IMG/VR virus record: IMGVR_UViG_3300045256_000857 | Span: 1 to 60,488 of that record | Reading direction: 5' to 3' (one strand) | DNA: 60,488 bases | Source of the DNA: a virus | Lineage: Duplodnaviria > Caudoviricetes | In this document: positions 56,210-60,488 of the stretch, piece after piece | Numbering within the stretch: the stretch's first letter is position 1 | How the letters are laid out: every line of letters begins with the position of its first letter | Position numbers and translations under genes: made by a program | Notes under the pieces: model-generated | Told to the model about the DNA's origin: nothing | The model's input: only the letters and a program-made list of their open reading frames with translations | Database searches by the model: none

Positions 56210-56260
56210 CGCTCGAGGGTACGGGCTGGGTGCGGCGCGACGTGTGCAAATTGAGCAGAA

Positions 56261-56291
56261 ATTTACCCACGTCGCCCTGACGTGGGTAAAT
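56261..56291. terminator. Perfect 13-bp hairpin ending the right-hand leftward operon
   Basis: ATTTACCCACGTC-GCCCT-GACGTGGGTAAAT. Confidence 0.65.
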
Positions 56292-56305
56292 CGTTCCCAT
56301 GTTGT

Positions 56306-56923
56306 TCAACCGACGAGGTTGAACAGTTCGTTCACCCTTGCCTTGAGCGCTTCAGCAGCCTCGAGGCGGTCCACACCCCGAGCGCCCTGGTACTCGAGGT
56401 GCAGGTCAATCACGTCGGACCAACCGAGTGCAGCGACTTCCAACGCGCCCGAATCCTTGAGCAGCCGGTAGATGCGGTCGGCTTTGTCCTCGAGCGCGCT
56501 GAGACCCCACAGACCGTCTTGCCCGCCAACTCGAGCCATCGCGGTCTCGAGGTTTTCGCGTTCGAGCAAGAAAATGAATCCGGTGCTTGGGAATTCGCCG
56601 GGAAGGAGCATCACGCGTCGCGCCTTCCCTGGCGCGATAGTCTTTGGATCCCATGTTTCACTGACAACCTGGAATTCCTCCCACAGCGCGATGCGGTTTC
56701 CTCGCCACGGGAAATGCTCGATCAAGGTGACTGGAATGCTCATGAACAACCATTGCTGCTGCACTTGAGTTCGAGCCAGGTACAACCCAGCACTTTCTCC
56801 AAGACCCTTGCGAACATCTTGCAAAGCAACAGGATGCAAATACAGCCCGGCGACCTTTGCGGGGCTGATGGAACGTAGGACGTGCATCTCGCGCAGCAGC
56901 GCACGGTACGTCAGCTTAGCCAT
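56306..56923 (-). CDS. Hypothetical protein
   Basis: MAKLTYRA... 205 aa. Confidence 0.6.
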   Translation of the reverse strand: MAKLTYRALLREMHVLRSISPAKVAGLYLHPVALQDVRKGLGESAGLYLARTQVQQQWLFMSIPVTLIEHFPWRGNRIALWEEFQVVSETWDPKTIAPGKARRVMLLPGEFPSTGFIFLLERENLETAMARVGGQDGLWGLSALEDKADRIYRLLKDSGALEVAALGWSDVIDLHLEYQGARGVDRLEAAEALKARVNELFNLVG

Positions 56924-57106
56924 TGCCTTCCAACTCGCGCAGCGCCCGTTGCGCCGCCTCAAGGTGCTGACGGTGCGTCTCGAGGATGAGGAGATCGCCA
57001 GGACGGGTACTGCGGCGCTTGGCGCGCACGACCGCGCGGGCGTGCCGGATGCGGCGCTCGAGGCGCTGCACGGCGTAGGCTTTGGAGTTGTCACCCCTGG
57101 GCTTGT

Positions 57107-57289
57107 TCACGGTAACCGTCCAATGCGTGCTCCGGCGCGGAAGAAAAAGAACAGCGGCCACAGCAGGAACATCATAATGACCCTGACCGGGGTCATCATC
57201 CACGGCTGGCGCTCGCTCGAGTACCCGATGAAGGCGACGGCGAAAATGCACCAGAGGAGAAGGGCGGCGATGATCTGTTCTACGGTCAT
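57107..57289 (-). CDS. Small membrane protein
   Basis: MTVEQIIAALLLWCIFAVAF..; AAGGAG and ATGA overlap. Confidence 0.6.
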   Translation of the reverse strand: MTVEQIIAALLLWCIFAVAFIGYSSERQPWMMTPVRVIMMFLLWPLFFFFRAGARIGRLP

Positions 57290-57792
57290 GGAAGCTCCTT
57301 GGGGAAGTTGAGGATGGCGAACGCGCCGTGAAGTTGCGCGGCGCGCTGGTCGTAAGCTCGAGCGGCGTCCTCGGGGCGGTCGAAGCTGCCCAGTCCGACG
57401 TAGCGCCCGCCCTCGCGGATACGGGCGCGATACCGACCGCTCTTGCCGCCGGTCGGGTACACGCCTCGGTAGGGAATGCCGCTCGAGCGCGGGGGAGACA
57501 AGCGGTACACGGCGTTCTGCGCGGCGGTGCAGGGGCGAAGGTTGGCGCGTTGGCAGTTCAAACCGTTGTGATCGCGGTGATCTACCGCTTGGGCGCTCGA
57601 GAGCGCGCCGAGTACTTCGCGGTGCAGGTAAACCTTGAACGACTTGCCCGCGCGTCGCACGAAGCGGTAGGCGTAGGTCGTGTGTGAGCGTCGCTCGAAG
57701 CTCCAGCGGAAGCGTGCGAGCCGTGCGTGGTCTTGTTCGTCCACGAGGGCGTGCAAGCCGCTCGAGAGTGGGTGCAGGGCGAGGCGCTTCAT
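57286..57792 (-). CDS. HNH-AP2 homing endonuclease-like protein
   Basis: VDHRDHNGLNCQRANLR (HNH); YRGV..YRARI..LGSFD..AARAYD (AP2). Confidence 0.92.
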   Translation of the reverse strand: MKRLALHPLSSGLHALVDEQDHARLARFRWSFERRSHTTYAYRFVRRAGKSFKVYLHREVLGALSSAQAVDHRDHNGLNCQRANLRPCTAAQNAVYRLSPPRSSGIPYRGVYPTGGKSGRYRARIREGGRYVGLGSFDRPEDAARAYDQRAAQLHGAFAILNFPKELP

Positions 57793-58064
57793 CGCCTGAC
57801 CACCGGGGCGCTGTCGTTGAACAACCGAATCCAGGCGTCGGCGTTGCCGACGGTGATGTCGGAGTCAACGGACTGCGTGAACCCGCCGAAATTGGTGAAA
57901 AACCGGACCGCGACTTCTTCTTGCCCTCGAGCGACGAATGTGAACTTGTTGCCGTAAGCAGTAACGTTGAGGAGCCAGCAATCGAAACCCTCGAGCTTCT
58001 CGCCTCGCTCCACGATCTTGGCGTGCAGCGCGACGAGTTCCTGGCGCATCTCGTCGTAGGTCAT
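57789..58064 (-). CDS. Hypothetical protein
   Basis: MTYDEMRQ... ATGA-coupled. Confidence 0.65.
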   Translation of the reverse strand: MTYDEMRQELVALHAKIVERGEKLEGFDCWLLNVTAYGNKFTFVARGQEEVAVRFFTNFGGFTQSVDSDITVGNADAWIRLFNDSAPVVRR

Positions 58065-58384
58065 GGCGTGCTGCTCCGCACGTACTCCTGGTACGCGCCC
58101 AGGGCTTGCAGCCAGGCTTTGAGCCGCGCAATCGGCAGTTGCACGGGAACGGCTCGAATCCCGGCGTAGATGATGCGGATGGGGTTGCCCTCGAGCTGCT
58201 CGAGCCAGCGGTTCATGGCACGGCGCAGTTCTTCGAGTTGAGCCGCGCCGCTGGTGTTCTCGATGATGATGAGCGCGTTCAGCACGTCGGTCGGGTGGAC
58301 GGGCAACGGCGAGACCAGCGTGCCCCACACGTAACCCAGGGCGTCGAATTGGGGCTTTGAGGCTTGCCTTGGCAAAACGAACAT
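58061..58384 (-). CDS. Hypothetical protein
   Basis: 107 aa after GGAGGAGG. Confidence 0.65.
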   Translation of the reverse strand: MFVLPRQASKPQFDALGYVWGTLVSPLPVHPTDVLNALIIIENTSGAAQLEELRRAMNRWLEQLEGNPIRIIYAGIRAVPVQLPIARLKAWLQALGAYQEYVRSSTP

Positions 58385-58795
58385 TCAACCTCCTCCTTGC
58401 AGTGCGGTGATCAGGTCGGCGTAACTCACGGGCGGCACGGGTCTCGAGGGCAAAAGAAAGTCGGCGTCCAGGTGCGCGAGGTCGGTCACGGTGTCCGCGA
58501 GGGCGTGCGCGGACCACTCGCACAAGTTCAGGCTCGAGCCGTAGAAACCCAGGAAGACGTGGAACACGGCGCTGTCTTCGAGGACGGGGTGCGCGTGGGC
58601 TTCGACCAGGAAGCACGTCGGGTACTCGAAGCGCTTGAGCTTGGCCATTGCCTCGAGCACCGTGGCTTTGAACGGTTGGCTGGGACGGATCAGGTCGGCG
58701 ATGCGCTCGAGCTTGTCGGACGAAGCGGTTTGCAGCCGGGCGCTGAGGTTCCAGTCCACCGGGACGGAGCGTGATTCGTGGACGACGTGGTTCAT
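58385..58795 (-). CDS. Hypothetical protein
   Basis: 136 aa, coupled to neighbours. Confidence 0.65.
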   Translation of the reverse strand: MNHVVHESRSVPVDWNLSARLQTASSDKLERIADLIRPSQPFKATVLEAMAKLKRFEYPTCFLVEAHAHPVLEDSAVFHVFLGFYGSSLNLCEWSAHALADTVTDLAHLDADFLLPSRPVPPVSYADLITALQGGG

Positions 58796-58938
58796 TCCTG
58801 CTCTGCTTTCTGCGCCGCCTCTTGGCGCTGGCGGTGCTGTACGCGCGCCCGCAATTCCTCGAGCGTGATCGGGCGCGGCGGTCGAGGGCGGGCGTAAAAC
58901 ACGCGGTCGGCGATGGCGATGCGTTCGCGGGCGGTCAT
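58792..58938 (-). CDS. 48-aa hypothetical protein
   Basis: MTARERIAIADRVFY...; ATGA overlap with the next gene; not in the ORF track. Confidence 0.55.
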   Translation of the reverse strand: MTARERIAIADRVFYARPRPPRPITLEELRARVQHRQRQEAAQKAEQE

Positions 58939-58947
58939 CCTAGTCCC

Positions 58948-59175
58948 CTATTCCCCTAGGATTTTTGTCGAGCGAACGCCGCCCTTGATGCCTTTACCCG
59001 CGCCCCACGGCGCGATGGTCAGAGTGGGCAGGTCGCGGCGTGGCGGTGGAAACCTGACGGTCTCGAGCGGCGTTCCCGCATCTACCCAGATGCCGCGCGC
59101 GGTGTCGTCGCCGGGGGTCACGAAGACCTTGGAGCCGTCTTTGCTCAAGCGTTTGATTGTCGGAATGTCTGACAT
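58948..59175 (-). CDS. First gene of the right-hand early operon
   Basis: 75 aa; AAGGAG Shine-Dalgarno. Confidence 0.65.
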   Translation of the reverse strand: MSDIPTIKRLSKDGSKVFVTPGDDTARGIWVDAGTPLETVRFPPPRRDLPTLTIAPWGAGKGIKGGVRSTKILGE

Positions 59176-59194
59176 AGGTTCTCCTTTGGTTAAA

Positions 59195-59223
59195 AGTATA
59201 TTGGTTTTAGCCTATATAATCAA
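59195..59223 (-). promoter_or_regulatory. Leftward early promoter sharing the operator-like spacer
   Basis: TTGATT-N17-TATACT; spacer contains TATAGGctaaaACCAA. Confidence 0.75.
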
Positions 59224-59255
59224 GCGGTATTCTGACACCCTCGAGAGGACAGCGC

Positions 59256-60488
59256 ATGACGAAACGCAAAAGCGCGAGGACACGCAAGCGGCGCGGCGAC
59301 AACGAGGGCACGCAAGCGTACTGGAACGCGTCCAAAGGCTGCTATCAGATCAATGTCTCGCTCGGACGCGGCGAGGACGGACGGGCGATCCGGCGCAGCA
59401 TCTACGGCGCGACCGAGGAAGAGGTCCAACTCAAACGCAACGAGATGCTCGCCCGGTACGGGCACGGGACGCTTGCCGACCCCGACACCGTGACCCTGGG
59501 CGCGTGGCTGGACCGCTGGCTGGCAATGCAGCGCGCGCACTGGGAACCCACCACCCTGGACAACGCCACGCACGTCCTCAAAACCCTCGGCGCGGGCTTG
59601 CGGAACATGCGCTTGCAGGATGTCAAACGCGCTCACATGCGCGCGCTCGAGCTACGCCTCACCGAAGACGGCTACAGCCTCAGCACGCGCTCCAAGGTCT
59701 TCGGGTACACCCGCGCCGCCCTGAACGAAGCCATCGAGCAGGAATTGATCTACAGCAACCCGACGCAGGGTATTCGCCTGCGCGCCAGTCAAGCCGAAAA
59801 GCAGGCTCGAGCCGATCCGGTGAAAAAAGCGCTGACCGACGAGCAGATGAACACGTTTCTCGAGTACGCTGAAGGCAGCCAGTACTACGCGTTGTTCTAC
59901 ACGATGTTCTCGCTCAGCTTGCGGGTCGGTGAAGCGCTCGGGTTGCGTTGGTCGGACATTGACGCCGCGCGCAAATTCGTCTACCTGCGCCAGCAGGTGC
60001 GCGTGGTGGAAAACCGCCCCCAGGTCGGACCGCTCAAGACCGAGGGCAGCGTCTTTGACATGCCGTGCAGCCAGGACCTGCTGGACGTGCTCGAGGCGCG
60101 ACGGCTCCAGCAAGCCGCGGACCGCGCGAGCGCCAAAGAAGCCTGGACGGACAACGGGCTGGTCTTTACCACCACGCTCGGCACGCTGATTCACCGTAAC
60201 AACGTCAACCGCAGCATCCGGGCGATCATCGCCCTGATAGACGCTGACCTGGCAAAGCTGCCCCAGGCGAACGGCAAGCGCCTGACCTTCAAACAGTTCA
60301 CGAGTCACGCGGCGCGGCACACGGGCATCTCGAGTTGGCGGCGCGACGGGATGTCCCTCGAGCTTGCCCAGACCCTCGCCCGGCACACCGACTCGCGCAC
60401 GACGCTGGGCTACCGCAGCGTGTTCCCCGATGAAATCCGCGAAGCGCTGCCCAGCCTCGAGCGTCGGCGTCGGCGCGCATCGGCGTGA
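59256..60488 (+). CDS. int: Tyrosine integrase
   Basis: LRVGEALGLRW, LKT, HAARH, ARH..TTLGY; N-terminal RRGDNEG arm-binding motif. Confidence 0.95.
   Translation: MTKRKSARTRKRRGDNEGTQAYWNASKGCYQINVSLGRGEDGRAIRRSIYGATEEEVQLKRNEMLARYGHGTLADPDTVTLGAWLDRWLAMQRAHWEPTTLDNATHVLKTLGAGLRNMRLQDVKRAHMRALELRLTEDGYSLSTRSKVFGYTRAALNEAIEQELIYSNPTQGIRLRASQAEKQARADPVKKALTDEQMNTFLEYAEGSQYYALFYTMFSLSLRVGEALGLRWSDIDAARKFVYLRQQVRVVENRPQVGPLKTEGSVFDMPCSQDLLDVLEARRLQQAADRASAKEAWTDNGLVFTTTLGTLIHRNNVNRSIRAIIALIDADLAKLPQANGKRLTFKQFTSHAARHTGISSWRRDGMSLELAQTLARHTDSRTTLGYRSVFPDEIREALPSLERRRRRASA

Larger units (their letters stand above)
1..60488. mobile_element. Temperate myovirus-like prophage (Mu-like structural genes, tyrosine integrase)
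   Basis: Integrase, CI/Cro, replication, terminase, portal, capsid, sheath, baseplate and lysis genes in phage order; att sites not visible in the window. Confidence 0.95.

Noticed and set aside
8760-58960. CRISPR array or G-quadruplex explanation for the CTAGGGGA repeats
   Set aside because: Copies are dispersed, not regularly spaced, and no cas genes are present. Each copy has only two G4 tracts, too few for a canonical intramolecular quadruplex.
1-60488. attL/attR direct repeats or terminal repeats
   Set aside because: The window begins and ends at stop codons and no shared end repeat was seen; att sites probably lie just outside

Overview
The window looks like an essentially complete, about 60.5-kb, high-GC temperate phage or prophage with a contractile tail and Mu-like head genes but a tyrosine integrase. 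From left to right it holds: a leftward early/accessory operon (ASCH x2, DUF5131, large ParB fusion, partial adenine methylase, UvrD); a CI/Cro switch; a rightward recombination/replication operon; a 7-deazaguanine DNA-modification cluster (queD, queE, folE, DpdA/TGT-like, ParB-like); packaging, head, tail and lysis modules; a second leftward early operon; and the integrase. Many genes look leaderless, which together with the composition suggests a Deinococcota-like host (inference). The most striking unannotated feature is a 38-aa secreted pre-peptide gene (18019-18135, minus strand; predicted mature peptide DGTSGSGGLCSKGC). It lies head-to-head with, or nested antisense in, a TPR plus C-terminal winged-helix regulator, making a candidate new phage peptide-communication system. 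Other notable signals are a dispersed CCTAGGGGACTAGGGGA motif at promoters and gene junctions, extreme over-representation of CTCGAG, a non-canonical tRNA(CAT) followed by a pseudoknotted tRNA-like RNA, and a sheath-like domain inserted in the major capsid protein. All protein calls come from motif recognition by eye; no database search was run.
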